A DNA stretch of 56,521 nucleotides, from contig JAYYPZ010000014.1 of the NCBI GenBank assembly GCA_036128775.1, positions 1-56,521 of the forward strand, read 5' to 3'. The position numbers and the translations under genes were made by a program. Position 1 is the first letter of the stretch. Each line of letters starts with the position of its first letter. The notes under the pieces are model-generated. The model was not told where the DNA came from, did no database searches, and saw only the letters and a list, made by a program, of their open reading frames with translations. The stretch is from Bacteroidota bacterium (lineage in GTDB: Bacteria; Bacteroidota; Bacteroidia; Chitinophagales; UBA8649). Below, one piece after another: positions 17,531-28,682 of the stretch.

Positions 17531-18585
17531 AAATGGAATTTTTCTATGCTGTAGTCCTCGCCAAGAAAGGATTTGCCAGAGGCCATATTGACTTCCCATT
17601 GCCACGCAGTCGACATCATATGTTCAACCGAAGGATTGGGGGTCCACTGCAGCAATTGTGATGCTTGATTGTTATCTGCATAGACTGCCATAACATCTCC
17701 ATCTCTGCGAGGGCCTATTTCATAATCTAGCTTTCGTCCAGAAGCTTTTTCAAAGGCTTGGATGGCCTCTAGTACACTTACTCCCTCACCACTTCCAAGA
17801 TTTAAAACATGTACTCCTGTTATTTGCTCGCGCGATAACTTCAGGGCTAACGTATGAGCATGGGCAATATCTTCGACATGAATATAATCTCGAATACATG
17901 TTCCATCACGCGTATCGTAATCGCCACCAAAAATCGTTAGATCATCGTATCGACCTGATGATTTTCCCGTGATTCTTGGGACAAGATTGTTTGGCTTATC
18001 ATTTGGTACCTCGCCGATTATCCCACTTTGATGGGCTCCCACAGGATTGAAGTATCGGAGGGATACCCAGGTGCTAGGGGATAATGAGGCTACATCGGAA
18101 ATCATTTGCTCTCCAATTTGCTTGGTATAGGCATAGGGGCATTCTGCTTTACCTAGGGGGGTGTTTTCGTTGACCGGCAAGGTCGTAATCTGCCCGTATA
18201 CTGAACAGGAGGATGAAAAGATAAAGGTGCCTATGTTTCGGAGCTGTACTTCAGTGAGGAGGTTGGCTGTAGATTGGATGTTGTTGTGGTAATAAAGCAA
18301 CGGCTTTGCCACGGATTCAGGAACGGATTTAAACGCCGCAAAATGAATAATGCCATCGATCGGACCTATATCGTCTAGCGTTTTGTTTACGGCTTGCGCG
18401 TCGGTGAGATCAATCCTGTAGTTAGTGACCTTTTGCCCTGTGATCGCTTCTATTCCGTGTAAGACACGTTGATCAGAATTGCTGAGATTATCGATGGAAA
18501 CGACATCAAAACCATGTTTTACTAAGTCAACGATGGTATGCGAGCCAATGTAACCACAACCTCCTGTTACAAGAATACGAGCCAT
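17527..18585 (-). CDS. galE: UDP-glucose 4-epimerase
   Basis: MARILVTGGCGYIGSH, SSSCSVYG, YAYTK (YxxxK), and a strong overall GalE pattern. Confidence 0.9.
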   Translation of the reverse strand: MARILVTGGCGYIGSHTIVDLVKHGFDVVSIDNLSNSDQRVLHGIEAITGQKVTNYRIDLTDAQAVNKTLDDIGPIDGIIHFAAFKSVPESVAKPLLYYHNNIQSTANLLTEVQLRNIGTFIFSSSCSVYGQITTLPVNENTPLGKAECPYAYTKQIGEQMISDVASLSPSTWVSLRYFNPVGAHQSGIIGEVPNDKPNNLVPRITGKSSGRYDDLTIFGGDYDTRDGTCIRDYIHVEDIAHAHTLALKLSREQITGVHVLNLGSGEGVSVLEAIQAFEKASGRKLDYEIGPRRDGDVMAVYADNNQASQLLQWTPNPSVEHMMSTAWQWEVNMASGKSFLGEDYSIEKFHL

Positions 18586-18590
18586 ATAAG

Positions 18591-19553
18591 TTACTCTTGG
18601 GTATTAGGATTATACAAGGCGAGTCCTTCTTCCAATATCTTTTCGATGCCAGACTCAATAGATGTTAACTCTCGATTGAGAAGATGGCGCATTTTTCCAA
18701 TATCTGGCTTTCTGCGTAGCATATCCCCTTCTTTGAGTGCAGGAAGATGAACGATTTTTGACGAAGAACCAGTAACCTTGATGATTGTCTTTGCTAAATC
18801 TAAAATGGTCAGCTCATAATCACTTCCAATATTGACTGTATCGTTGACGTACTTGTTTTGTTCAAAGGCATTAACGCATGCATCAATATTGTCCTGAAAG
18901 TAACAGAAAGTTCTCGTTTGTAAACCATCCCCGTAAATGGTCAGATCCTCATTCTTTAAGGCCGCAAGAATAAACTTCGACATCACAAAGTCAATGCTTT
19001 GTTTGGGACCATAAGTATTAAAAAATCTAAAGATGGTATAATCTAAGTCAAACTCCTTTTTGTACGATCGAAGAAATGCTTCGCCTACATTTTTTACCAC
19101 GGCATAGGGTAACCTGGAGTTAAGGGGTGTGGTATGTTCATTTTGAGGGTGTTCATGAGGTTCTCCATATACCTCTGAGGAAGAAGCAAAAAATACGCGC
19201 TTCACATTCGTCGACTTCGCAATATCCAGAATGTTTCGTATTCCTTGAATGTCGTCAAGTACGAGTTTTGGGTGGTCTAATGTGCGCTTTACTCCAACGA
19301 CTGCAGCATAGTGAAATACGTAGTCGAATCGATAGGCCATCATTACTGCCGAAATGTCTGTGTAGTTGTTACAATCAGCATGAATAAAACGCCAATTACT
19401 ATCCTCATTACTCTCTTCTTGAGGTAGCCGAGCTTTGTGGCCGGTTAACATGTTGTCAACCATAACTACCTTGTATTTTGGGTTTTGCATGAGTTTATCA
19501 GCTAAACAACTGCCGATAAATCCAGCTCCTCCTGTAATCAAAATCTTTTTCAT
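18591..19553 (-). CDS. NAD-dependent epimerase/dehydratase (extended SDR; nucleotide-sugar enzyme)
   Basis: [27 protein letters not shown]. It lies between rfbA and galE. Confidence 0.85.
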   Translation of the reverse strand: MKKILITGGAGFIGSCLADKLMQNPKYKVVMVDNMLTGHKARLPQEESNEDSNWRFIHADCNNYTDISAVMMAYRFDYVFHYAAVVGVKRTLDHPKLVLDDIQGIRNILDIAKSTNVKRVFFASSSEVYGEPHEHPQNEHTTPLNSRLPYAVVKNVGEAFLRSYKKEFDLDYTIFRFFNTYGPKQSIDFVMSKFILAALKNEDLTIYGDGLQTRTFCYFQDNIDACVNAFEQNKYVNDTVNIGSDYELTILDLAKTIIKVTGSSSKIVHLPALKEGDMLRRKPDIGKMRHLLNRELTSIESGIEKILEEGLALYNPNTQE

Positions 19554-20419
19554 GAATGGTGTTTCAGTACGTCCATAAGATATTGCCCATAACCGCTTTT
19601 CATGAGTGGTTGAGCCAATGACTCCAATTGATCATGATCTATGAATCCTTGTCGGAAGGCCTCCTCTTCGATACATCCTACCTTAAGTCCTTGCCGGTCC
19701 TCGAGCACTTGAACAAACTGGGAAGCTTGCATGAGTGAGTTGAAGGTTCCGGTATCTAACCAAGCCGTACCGCGATCCAATATGGCCACATTAAGCTTGT
19801 TTTGGTCAAGATAGACCTTGTTTACGTCGGTTATCTCATATTCGCCACGAGCACTTGGTTTTATGGAATGTGCGATATCTACGACATGGTTGTCATAGAA
19901 ATAAAGCCCTGGAACCGCATAGTTAGATTTGGGTTGAACAGGCTTTTCCTCGATAGAGATTGCTCGTTTGTTTTCATCAAACTCAACCACTCCGTAGCGC
20001 TCAGGGTCAGCAACATGATAGGCGAAGATTACCCCTCCATCAGGATTAACTGCCTGTTGAACCGTGGCATCAAGGCCCGCCCCATAGAATATATTGTCCC
20101 CTAAGATTAGGGCTACCGAGTCATCTCCAATAAAGTCTTTTCCTAGAACAAAAGCTTGGGCAAGCCCATTGGGAACTTCTTGCACTTTATAACTGAATTC
20201 ACATCCTAATTGATGGCCATCTCCAAAAAGCGATTCAAAGACTGGAAGGTGTTCAGGGGTGGAAATGATCAGGATCTCCCGGATACCTGCCTTCATAAGT
20301 ACCGATAATGGATAGTAAATCATCGGCTTATCATAGATAGGCATCATTTGCTTGGAAATGGCATAGGTGATTGGGTGTAATCGAGTGCCACTTCCTCCTG
20401 CTAAGATTATTCCTTTCAT
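19550..20419 (-). CDS. rfbA: Glucose-1-phosphate thymidylyltransferase
   Basis: [18 protein letters not shown]...[18 protein letters not shown] is the canonical RmlA N-terminus. An ATGA overlap links it to the downstream gene. Confidence 0.93.
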   Translation of the reverse strand: MKGIILAGGSGTRLHPITYAISKQMMPIYDKPMIYYPLSVLMKAGIREILIISTPEHLPVFESLFGDGHQLGCEFSYKVQEVPNGLAQAFVLGKDFIGDDSVALILGDNIFYGAGLDATVQQAVNPDGGVIFAYHVADPERYGVVEFDENKRAISIEEKPVQPKSNYAVPGLYFYDNHVVDIAHSIKPSARGEYEITDVNKVYLDQNKLNVAILDRGTAWLDTGTFNSLMQASQFVQVLEDRQGLKVGCIEEEAFRQGFIDHDQLESLAQPLMKSGYGQYLMDVLKHHS

Positions 20420-20706
20420 TGCGTTAGGTTAATTCTAAGGTATGAAATTGATAAGCAGTTTGACGTCAATATGTAGGATTTATTGATAAGTGAATACTGG
20501 TATTGTCGATTTTATAGAGGGTATGCTTATGGAATTTTCATTTATGAATACCCATGTAACAGGGTGAATTAGGAAAGTTTTCTAACAGTGGCATGTGGTT
20601 TTGACCCCTTTATACCACAACTTATGCTCTATGCTGAATTTTAATCCTACACTTCTTCATGTGGGATTAGGAGAGGGTATTTGAATTGCTATTTTCGTAA
20701 GGTATT

Positions 20707-21291
20707 ATGTTCGACTTTATCCGAGGCCAAATCCATCGAGTAGCCCCCACGCAAGTTATCCTAGAAGTTGGGGGCGTAGGGTTTGATGTAAACATCAGCT
20801 TTCAAACCTTTCAAGCGATACAAACAAGCAAGGAGGTTTCTCTTTACACTAGGTTTTTAGCAAAAAACGACGGCCAAAATCTATCCACCTTTGTTTTGTA
20901 TGGATTTGATAAAGTCGAAGAACGTGCAATGTTTGATATGCTGACCAGTATAAGTGGTATAGGAAATAATCTTGCATTAACTATGCTCAGTGCCCATCCT
21001 GTTGATGCAATTCAGCAGGCAATCTATCAGGGCAATGAAGCATTTATTACTGCAATAAAGGGAATAGGTCCTAAAACAGCTAAACGATTAATCCTAGAAT
21101 TAAAGGACAAGGTCAATGACGGTCAACATTTTGATCTAGAAAGTAATAATCCAAAAGATGAGGCGTTAAAAGCCTTATTGTCCTTAGGCTTTCAACGCAA
21201 TACGATTATGCGCACACTTGATGCCATTATACAGGAGCTCCCTTCTAGTTCGGTCGAGGAGTTGATAAAACTTGCGCTTAAAAGGATGTAG
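20707..21291 (+). CDS. ruvA: Holliday junction branch migration complex subunit RuvA
   Basis: MFDFIRGQI...GVGFDVNIS, and the helix-hairpin-helix region ISGIGNNLA...IKGIGPKTAKRLILEL. Confidence 0.92.
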   Translation: MFDFIRGQIHRVAPTQVILEVGGVGFDVNISFQTFQAIQTSKEVSLYTRFLAKNDGQNLSTFVLYGFDKVEERAMFDMLTSISGIGNNLALTMLSAHPVDAIQQAIYQGNEAFITAIKGIGPKTAKRLILELKDKVNDGQHFDLESNNPKDEALKALLSLGFQRNTIMRTLDAIIQELPSSSVEELIKLALKRM

Positions 21292-21293
21292 TA

Positions 21294-24200
21294 GTGCGAA
21301 TTGGTCGACTTTCCATAGGATGTTTTCTTGCCTTTATGTTGCTTTCACTAACGGCATTTGCTCAACAGCAGGATAGCAGTCAAACCAATGTAGATCACCT
21401 TATTGAAGAAGATGCTCCGAGCTTATCGCTTGACTCGATTGTTGAGCAGCATGTTGTCTATGACCCCAACACCGACACCTACACCATAGAACAACGCATT
21501 GATGGGCGGTTGATCGCTCCTCCTATCACAATGACCCAGGAAGAATACCGCAGGTATAGAGACATTGTCGATTTCCAAGAGTACATACGCAATCGGGAAC
21601 GCACGCGACTTATCATAGAAGGAGCGGATCCTGACCTTTTAGCTGGTCCAGTTCAGAGCATAAAGAACGACCGTTTACAACGAATCTTGGGCTCTATTGA
21701 CATACGGCCTTCTGGAAATCTAGAATTAACGCTTGGCGGGAATGTCCAGCGATTTGATAATCCGAACCTTCCTCAGCGAGCTCAGGTACAAGGTGGACCT
21801 GACTTCGACATGAATATCAATATGAATGTCACAGGAAAGATTGGAGACTACCTGCAGATGGGCTTGCGCTACAACAACCAAACAGGATTTAGCTTCGACA
21901 ACCAAGTCAATCTTCAATACAATGGAAAAGAAGATAATATTCTACGTCAGTTAGAAATTGGGAATACAAGTTTTGAGACGCCTACTCAGCTTATTACGGG
22001 TGCTCAAAGTTTATTTGGCGTGAAGGCTCAACTACAATTTGGTCGACTTACGATGACTAATGTCGTCTCTCAGCAGCGCTCCCAAAAACAGTCTATTGTG
22101 GTAGAAGACGGTGCGCAAGTCCAAAATTTTGAAATACGGGCTGACCAATATGAGGCGGATCGTCACTTCTTTTTATCAGACTTTTTCCGCAACAATTATG
22201 AAAGATCCTTGTCCCAGATGCCTAACATCTTATCTCAGGCAACGGTGGAGGAGTTGGAAGTATGGATTACCAATCGGAACAATGCAACGCAAAATGTTCG
22301 AGATGTAGTGGCCTTCATGGATATGGGAGAGATAAGCCCATACTCTTCCGACATTCAAGCGATTGGCAACAACACGGTGCCTGATAATGGAGCCAATGAC
22401 CTTTACTCTAGACTAACCGTAAATGTAGATTACCGTCGAAATGACCAGATTATCAATGTCTTGCAGAGTGGCGCTTTTGATCTAAATGCTTCAACGGACT
22501 ATGAAAAATTCTACGCGCGTAAACTCAATCCGTCAGAATATACGCTCGAACCCAACCTTGGTTACATCTCACTCAATACAACGCTGCAGCCCAACCAAGT
22601 GCTTGCGGTAGCTTACAAATACAACTATAACGGACAGGTTTATCAAGTGGGTGAGTTAAGTCGAAATGTGCCACCAGACTCTTCATCTGTTCCTAAGGTC
22701 CTTTATCTAAAGCTTTTAAAAAGCACTACCCAAAGCCCCCGTCTACCTACTTGGGATCTGATGATGAAAAATGTCTATTCTTTGGGTGCTTTTCAAATTA
22801 GTCCAGACGATTTCCGATTGGACATCTTCTACATCGATCCCGGGGGGGGATTGCGAAGAACACTTCCTGAAGGCTCGCTCAGCGAAACACAACTTATTCA
22901 AGTTGTAGGATTGGATAACCTAAATAATCAAGGAGACCCCCAACCTGATGGCCGTTTTGACTTTCAGCCGGGTTTGACCATTAATCCTTCGAATGGGCGC
23001 ATTACTTTTCCCGTGCTTGAGCCCTTTGGACAATCCCTTGAAAATCGTTTGAATGAAGTGGGTGACAATAACTTAGTTAATCAATATGTCTATAACGAGT
23101 TGTATGACTCCACCTTGTTTATAGCTAAGCAGTTTCCGGAAAAAAACCGCTTTACCATGCGAGGCCGATATCAGGGGAGTGGAGGGAATCGAATATCGCT
23201 TGGCGCTTTCCAAATTCCCCAGAATTCAGTAACCGTCTCTCTTGGTGGTCAGCAGCTTATTGAGGGAACGCACTATACAGTGGACTATAATCTAGGGGCG
23301 GTTACCATTATTGACGATGCTATTCTTAACTCAGGCCAACAAGTAAAAATCGATTTTGAAAACAATGCGCTCTTTGGCTTCCAGCAACGCAATTTATTTG
23401 CCACGAGGTTGGATTATCGGGTCAGCGATCAACTCTTCATAGGAGGTACGCTCATGAAGATGACGGAGCGTCCGTTTACCCAGAAAGTCAATATTGGTGA
23501 TGACCCAATCTCCAATACGATTTATGGTATTGATTTCAGGTATACTACCGATGCTCCATGGTTGACCAAAGCACTTGATAAACTGCCGATTTACAGCACA
23601 AGTGAAATGTCAACGATTGATCTTGCGGGAGAAGCAGCCTACATCCGGCCAGGCAATAATCGTTTTGTAGGGAAAGGAGAAGAGGCAACTGTCTATGTTG
23701 ACGACTTTGAGGGAACAACTTCATCCTACGAATTGAAATTTCCAGCCAGTGCTTGGCGGCATAGTTCCGTGCCCACAGGAAATATAGGAAGCAATGGACA
23801 AGAACTGTTCACGGAAGGATCCTTGAATAATGATATACGATCCAATTTCAATCGTGCTAAAATGGCGTGGTACAATATTGACCCTTCCTTCTTTGATAAT
23901 GGAGTCAGTCCAAGCGAAGTGTTTGATAACAAAGAAGTTATTCATAGCCACTTTGTTCGTCCCATTTTTAGAGAAGAAATTTGTCCTGCCTGTGACTTAA
24001 CAGGTCAGGTGAACACCCAAGTTTCCACCTTGGATTTAGCTTTTTATCCCGAGGAGCGTGGGGTGTACAACTTTGAATCCAGTACGGGACCTACCGTGCC
24101 TTTTTCTCGTGGGGTGAATCCCGATGGTCGCTTGCTTGACCCTGAAACAAGGTGGGGCGGTCTTATGCGAGGTATCGATAATACAAACTTTGAGGCGGCC

Positions 24201-27200
24201 AATGTCGAATACATTGAGTTTTGGCTTTTGGATCCTTTTGTCTATGATGATACACGAGATGGGGGAGATCTCTACTTTAACCTAGGAAATCTGAGCGAAG
24301 ATGTGCTAAAGGATTCTCGTATGCTTTATGAGCATGGACTCAGTGATAACGACCTTGATGTAGATAGTACCTATTGGGGTAAAGTGCCCAGGACACCACC
24401 CATTGTAAACTCGTTTGATAATAATGCTGATCTCAGATCAAGACAGGATGTAGGATTTGATGGGCTCAACGATGATGAAGAACGTTTGCGCCGACAGGAT
24501 GCCTTGGGAGATGCGCAAATCAATCTCGACCCGCAGGCATTTGCCACATTTGAGTCTGATCCAGCCTCGGATAACTATCAGGATTTCTGGAATCTTTCAG
24601 GAGAGTCCAGCATTTTGCGCCGCTACAAGAATTTTAACGGTCCTGATGGCAATTCGCCCATTGTCTCAGGGGATGCCCGCGCGGGAACAAATATTCCTGA
24701 TCAAGAGGATTTAAACAGGGACAATGCATTAAATGAGACGGAAGGCTTCTTTGCCTATCGCGTTCCTTTATTTCCGGGGATGAGCGTTGAAAATCACCCA
24801 TACATTGTGACCTCAACAGTTCGTCCTGCTCGAGAAATTGATGGGGTAAATCAGCCCGAAGCTCAGTGGTATCAGTTTAGAGTACCTGTCAGAGAATTTG
24901 ATCAGCGCGTCGGGAACATCGCGGATTTCCGATCGATTCAATTTATGCGAATGTTCCTTACCAATTGGAATGATTCGGTCATTCTCCGTTTCGCTTCTAT
25001 GGAGCTAGTGAGAAATCAGTGGGCTACTTATCAGTATGAGTTGTCCAACCCCACAGAAAACCTTCCTATAGATGAAGAAGCGGTTTCCTTTAATGTTACC
25101 TCTGTTAACATTGAAGAAAATGGCGGAAAAGAGCCTGTGAACTATGTCACTCCGCCGGGTATTGTGCGGGAGCAAGGTATTGGTCAAGGAAGCGGCACCA
25201 ATCTAGTCCTTCAAAATGAGCAGGCTATTGCAGCTACGGTCTGTGGGCTAAAGGACGGGGATGCAAGGGCTGTATTCAAAACGCTTGACTTGGATATGCG
25301 GAATTACAAACGCCTTGTGGTGGATGTCCATGCCAATCGTTTTGCTCAAGATGTGGCTGATCCTCCAAGTGGGGCCCTTACGGCCTTCCTGCGATTAGGT
25401 AGTGATTTTAAACAGAATTACTACGAGTATGAGGTTCCTTTGGAATTTACTCCTGAGGGTCGTTATGACGATGTTGAAGGAGATCGGAGTATTGTCTGGC
25501 CAGATGCCAACCGAATAGAGGTCGTTTTACAGGATTTAGTTAATGCCAAGATTGCTCGAAACCAGGAAAACTATCCCTTTGACATACCTTATACCTATGT
25601 AACAGATTCGGGCCGTGTGGTAACCATCAAAGGAACACCTGACCTTGGACTGGTGCAAATTGCCATGTTAGGTATACGGAATCCCTCAAAATCCGACGTA
25701 AACAATCCAAGACCCGAGGATGCAGGTGAGGCCTTGTGCGGAGAGGTGTGGTTTAACGAATTTCGTTTAAAAGGATTTGATGAGCGTGGAGGAGGAGCCG
25801 CCCTTGGCTCTATTGATGTCAAACTAGCCGATTTAGGAACAGCAAGTTTTTCTGCCAATATGCATGGTATTGGTTTCGGGCAAGTAGAACAACGTGTTGA
25901 TCAACGTTTACAGGATAAATATTTTCAATACAACTTCACCACCTCATTGGAACTTGGCAGATTTCTTCCGGTAAAATCAAACATTCGAATTCCTTTCTTT
26001 GCCAATATCAGCCAAAGCTTTAGCACCCCAGAATATGATCCGTATCAGTTTGATATCTTTTCTGCTGACCAAGTGGATGCTATTCGTGCGACAAGCAATG
26101 ATTCTGCCAATACCTACCTCCGGCAAATTCAGACCACGACCACTCGAAAAGGGTTTAACTTCACCAATGTTCGCAAGCTTCCCGGAGAGAATCAAAAAAG
26201 ACTTTATGTCTTTAGTCCTGAAAATATAGCATTAACCTATGCATACAGTGTAATTGAAGATACCGATCCCTTTACACGCTTTGATAGGGAAGTCAATCAC
26301 CGGGCAACATTCGCCTATAATTACGCTATGCAACCAAAGTCGATTAAGCCGTTTGCTAAGGTGATTAAGGCCAAGACAAAGTATCTAGATCTTATCAAGA
26401 ATTTCAATTTTAATCCATTGCCTACTCAAATAGGCTTTACCACAACGATGGATCGTAAGTTCGGGGAGCTCGCCATTTTACAGCTGCCATCGGATGAATT
26501 TGTGGTTCCATCTTCCTTTAACAAATTCTTTACTTGGTCGAGGAATTACGTCTTTCAGTATAACCCCTTTGAGTCGATGTCGATTAACTATCAGGCCACC
26601 AATAATGCCCGAATCGACGAACCTGATGGACGGATTGATACCGATGAAGAACGTCGTGCTCTTTGGTCAGAGATTCGCCAAGGAGGCCGAAACACAAACT
26701 TTAATCAAAGCCTTGGCATAACCTACAAGGTTCCTATCAATCTAATCCCTGCTTTTGATTTTGTGAATCTTCGTACAGGCTATAACTCGACATTTAACTG
26801 GGTTGCAGCTCCTCAAATTCGAGATTTAACAGGAAATTTTGCTCAAAACACCTTGGGGAATACGATGAACAATTCTCAGGATTTATCCGTCAATGGAGAT
26901 TTAAATATGCTACTCTTGTATAACAAGTCTCCCTACCTCAAGAAATTTTTGCGTAGAGATCCTGCAGCGGGTAATAGGGAAGAGCTCGATAAGAAGAGAG
27001 ATGCTGTAGACAAAGCAAAAGAACGTATTGATAATGATATTGAGCGACTCCAAGAACGATTGGAAAAGGCAAAGGAAGCATTGAAAGAAATCAAAGCAGA
27101 TACCTCATTAACAGACGAGGAGCGTGTTCAACAGATTGGCGAGGCTAAGGCATCGATTAAATCCTTTAAAGAACAGATTAGAAAACGTAAAAAGGATCGC

Positions 27201-28682
27201 AGAAAACAGCGCAAACCGGCCAACTTCGGCGAAAACATTAGTGTACAGCCGCTGCTAATGGTACGAAGAGTATCCGCTACTTACAGAGAAACCAGAAGTA
27301 CGTTAGTCGCTGGATATATGCCGTCTACAAGTTTCTTTGGCCATGACAGAAACCTCCAATCGCCAGGATATGACTTCGTCTTTGGTGGTCAACCAGGATT
27401 TGTGTTGGGTAATGGCTTTGATCCCTTGCAACGTGATGCGTGGATAGAGAATATGGCGCAGCAAGGCAATATCTCTACCGATACCCTTTTAAATCAGAAG
27501 TTTGCGCAGAACTACTTACAGTCGTTAGACTTTAGGGCGACCCTTGAACCCTGGAGAGATTTACAGATTGATCTAACGATGAATCGGTCCTATTCTCAAA
27601 ACCACAGCCAGCTCTTTAAGACGACAACCGGCTTTGAAGACGACTTTGCCCACTATGTGCCAGCTGATATTGGAAGCTTCACGGTCAGCACAGTTTCATG
27701 GAAGACCATGTTCCAACAGTTTGATGAGAATTGGGTCAATGAATCCTTTACAGCCTTCTTGGATAATCGCGCGATAGTCTCAGATCGATTAGCTGCAGGC
27801 AATCCTAATTCTAATGGGGTATACGTCAACCCAAGTGATACCGTTAACGGAGCGAATCCATCGTTTAATGAGGGCTATGGACCGGTCCAGCAAGATGTTC
27901 TTATCCCAGCTTTCTTAGCGGCATATCAAAGTAAAGATGCCCGTGCTATAGGACTCAATCCATTGCGTGCCTTACCAAAACCTAATTGGAAAATCACGTA
28001 CAATGGCCTCAGTCGCTTCCCTTGGGCTAAGGATATCTTCTCGAACTTTAGCATAAGTCACGGCTATCAGTCTACCGTTACCATAAACTCCTTCCAAACG
28101 AATTTTGATTATAGCGGGAATGGCGCGATTGACGGGGGATCTACCGTAGATTCATTAAATGGAAACTTCTTTACCCTGTACACTATACCCAATCTGATCA
28201 TTAATGAGCAGTTAAATCCATTAATCGGGGTGGATATGACCTTTAAGAATGGGATTATTGCCAAGGTAGATTACAAATCGTCGCGAACACTGACAATGAA
28301 CTTTTCAGACTATCAAATGATCGAAAACAGGACGTCTGGATTTACCGTAGGATTAGGATATAAAGTAAAAGGCTTAACACTCAATTGGCTCAAATTTAAG
28401 GGCAAGCGGACCATCCTTCATAATGATCTAAACCTGCGATTTGATATCTCCATTCGAGATCAGGTCACAGTCAATCATTTGATTGATCAAGGACAGAGTC
28501 GACCAACGGCAGGATCACGAATTATTGCCGCCAATCCATCGATTGATTACGTGATTAATAAGCAGCTCAATATTCGCATTTTCTTGAACCGCCAGAAGAC
28601 CCTTCCAAAGACCTTTGCGTCCTTCCCAAGCACGACGACACAGGCTGGAATTACCCTGCGATTTAATCTGTCAAACTTCTAA
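21294..28682 (+). CDS. sprA: T9SS outer-membrane translocon SprA
   Basis: 2462-aa protein with a signal peptide, giant beta-barrel-type composition, a characteristic internal K/E-rich coiled coil, and a C-terminal ...ITLRFNLSNF. It sits directly after ruvA (GTG start 2 nt after the ruvA stop). Confidence 0.9.
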   Translation: MRIGRLSIGCFLAFMLLSLTAFAQQQDSSQTNVDHLIEEDAPSLSLDSIVEQHVVYDPNTDTYTIEQRIDGRLIAPPITMTQEEYRRYRDIVDFQEYIRNRERTRLIIEGADPDLLAGPVQSIKNDRLQRILGSIDIRPSGNLELTLGGNVQRFDNPNLPQRAQVQGGPDFDMNINMNVTGKIGDYLQMGLRYNNQTGFSFDNQVNLQYNGKEDNILRQLEIGNTSFETPTQLITGAQSLFGVKAQLQFGRLTMTNVVSQQRSQKQSIVVEDGAQVQNFEIRADQYEADRHFFLSDFFRNNYERSLSQMPNILSQATVEELEVWITNRNNATQNVRDVVAFMDMGEISPYSSDIQAIGNNTVPDNGANDLYSRLTVNVDYRRNDQIINVLQSGAFDLNASTDYEKFYARKLNPSEYTLEPNLGYISLNTTLQPNQVLAVAYKYNYNGQVYQVGELSRNVPPDSSSVPKVLYLKLLKSTTQSPRLPTWDLMMKNVYSLGAFQISPDDFRLDIFYIDPGGGLRRTLPEGSLSETQLIQVVGLDNLNNQGDPQPDGRFDFQPGLTINPSNGRITFPVLEPFGQSLENRLNEVGDNNLVNQYVYNELYDSTLFIAKQFPEKNRFTMRGRYQGSGGNRISLGAFQIPQNSVTVSLGGQQLIEGTHYTVDYNLGAVTIIDDAILNSGQQVKIDFENNALFGFQQRNLFATRLDYRVSDQLFIGGTLMKMTERPFTQKVNIGDDPISNTIYGIDFRYTTDAPWLTKALDKLPIYSTSEMSTIDLAGEAAYIRPGNNRFVGKGEEATVYVDDFEGTTSSYELKFPASAWRHSSVPTGNIGSNGQELFTEGSLNNDIRSNFNRAKMAWYNIDPSFFDNGVSPSEVFDNKEVIHSHFVRPIFREEICPACDLTGQVNTQVSTLDLAFYPEERGVYNFESSTGPTVPFSRGVNPDGRLLDPETRWGGLMRGIDNTNFEAANVEYIEFWLLDPFVYDDTRDGGDLYFNLGNLSEDVLKDSRMLYEHGLSDNDLDVDSTYWGKVPRTPPIVNSFDNNADLRSRQDVGFDGLNDDEERLRRQDALGDAQINLDPQAFATFESDPASDNYQDFWNLSGESSILRRYKNFNGPDGNSPIVSGDARAGTNIPDQEDLNRDNALNETEGFFAYRVPLFPGMSVENHPYIVTSTVRPAREIDGVNQPEAQWYQFRVPVREFDQRVGNIADFRSIQFMRMFLTNWNDSVILRFASMELVRNQWATYQYELSNPTENLPIDEEAVSFNVTSVNIEENGGKEPVNYVTPPGIVREQGIGQGSGTNLVLQNEQAIAATVCGLKDGDARAVFKTLDLDMRNYKRLVVDVHANRFAQDVADPPSGALTAFLRLGSDFKQNYYEYEVPLEFTPEGRYDDVEGDRSIVWPDANRIEVVLQDLVNAKIARNQENYPFDIPYTYVTDSGRVVTIKGTPDLGLVQIAMLGIRNPSKSDVNNPRPEDAGEALCGEVWFNEFRLKGFDERGGGAALGSIDVKLADLGTASFSANMHGIGFGQVEQRVDQRLQDKYFQYNFTTSLELGRFLPVKSNIRIPFFANISQSFSTPEYDPYQFDIFSADQVDAIRATSNDSANTYLRQIQTTTTRKGFNFTNVRKLPGENQKRLYVFSPENIALTYAYSVIEDTDPFTRFDREVNHRATFAYNYAMQPKSIKPFAKVIKAKTKYLDLIKNFNFNPLPTQIGFTTTMDRKFGELAILQLPSDEFVVPSSFNKFFTWSRNYVFQYNPFESMSINYQATNNARIDEPDGRIDTDEERRALWSEIRQGGRNTNFNQSLGITYKVPINLIPAFDFVNLRTGYNSTFNWVAAPQIRDLTGNFAQNTLGNTMNNSQDLSVNGDLNMLLLYNKSPYLKKFLRRDPAAGNREELDKKRDAVDKAKERIDNDIERLQERLEKAKEALKEIKADTSLTDEERVQQIGEAKASIKSFKEQIRKRKKDRRKQRKPANFGENISVQPLLMVRRVSATYRETRSTLVAGYMPSTSFFGHDRNLQSPGYDFVFGGQPGFVLGNGFDPLQRDAWIENMAQQGNISTDTLLNQKFAQNYLQSLDFRATLEPWRDLQIDLTMNRSYSQNHSQLFKTTTGFEDDFAHYVPADIGSFTVSTVSWKTMFQQFDENWVNESFTAFLDNRAIVSDRLAAGNPNSNGVYVNPSDTVNGANPSFNEGYGPVQQDVLIPAFLAAYQSKDARAIGLNPLRALPKPNWKITYNGLSRFPWAKDIFSNFSISHGYQSTVTINSFQTNFDYSGNGAIDGGSTVDSLNGNFFTLYTIPNLIINEQLNPLIGVDMTFKNGIIAKVDYKSSRTLTMNFSDYQMIENRTSGFTVGLGYKVKGLTLNWLKFKGKRTILHNDLNLRFDISIRDQVTVNHLIDQGQSRPTAGSRIIAANPSIDYVINKQLNIRIFLNRQKTLPKTFASFPSTTTQAGITLRFNLSNF

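Noticed and set aside
20523-20567. 14-codon mini-ORF (MLMEFSFMNTHVTG) in the rfbA/ruvA spacer, considered as a possible leader peptide
   Set aside because: No terminator or anti-terminator structure is associated with it. It shows no amino-acid bias suggestive of attenuation, and no downstream biosynthetic operon follows it.
26960-27230. Highly charged K/E/R-rich coiled-coil stretch inside sprA, considered as a possible separate gene or repeat element
   Set aside because: It is in frame and continuous with the flanking SprA sequence. A charged helical insert at this relative position is a normal SprA feature as far as I recall.
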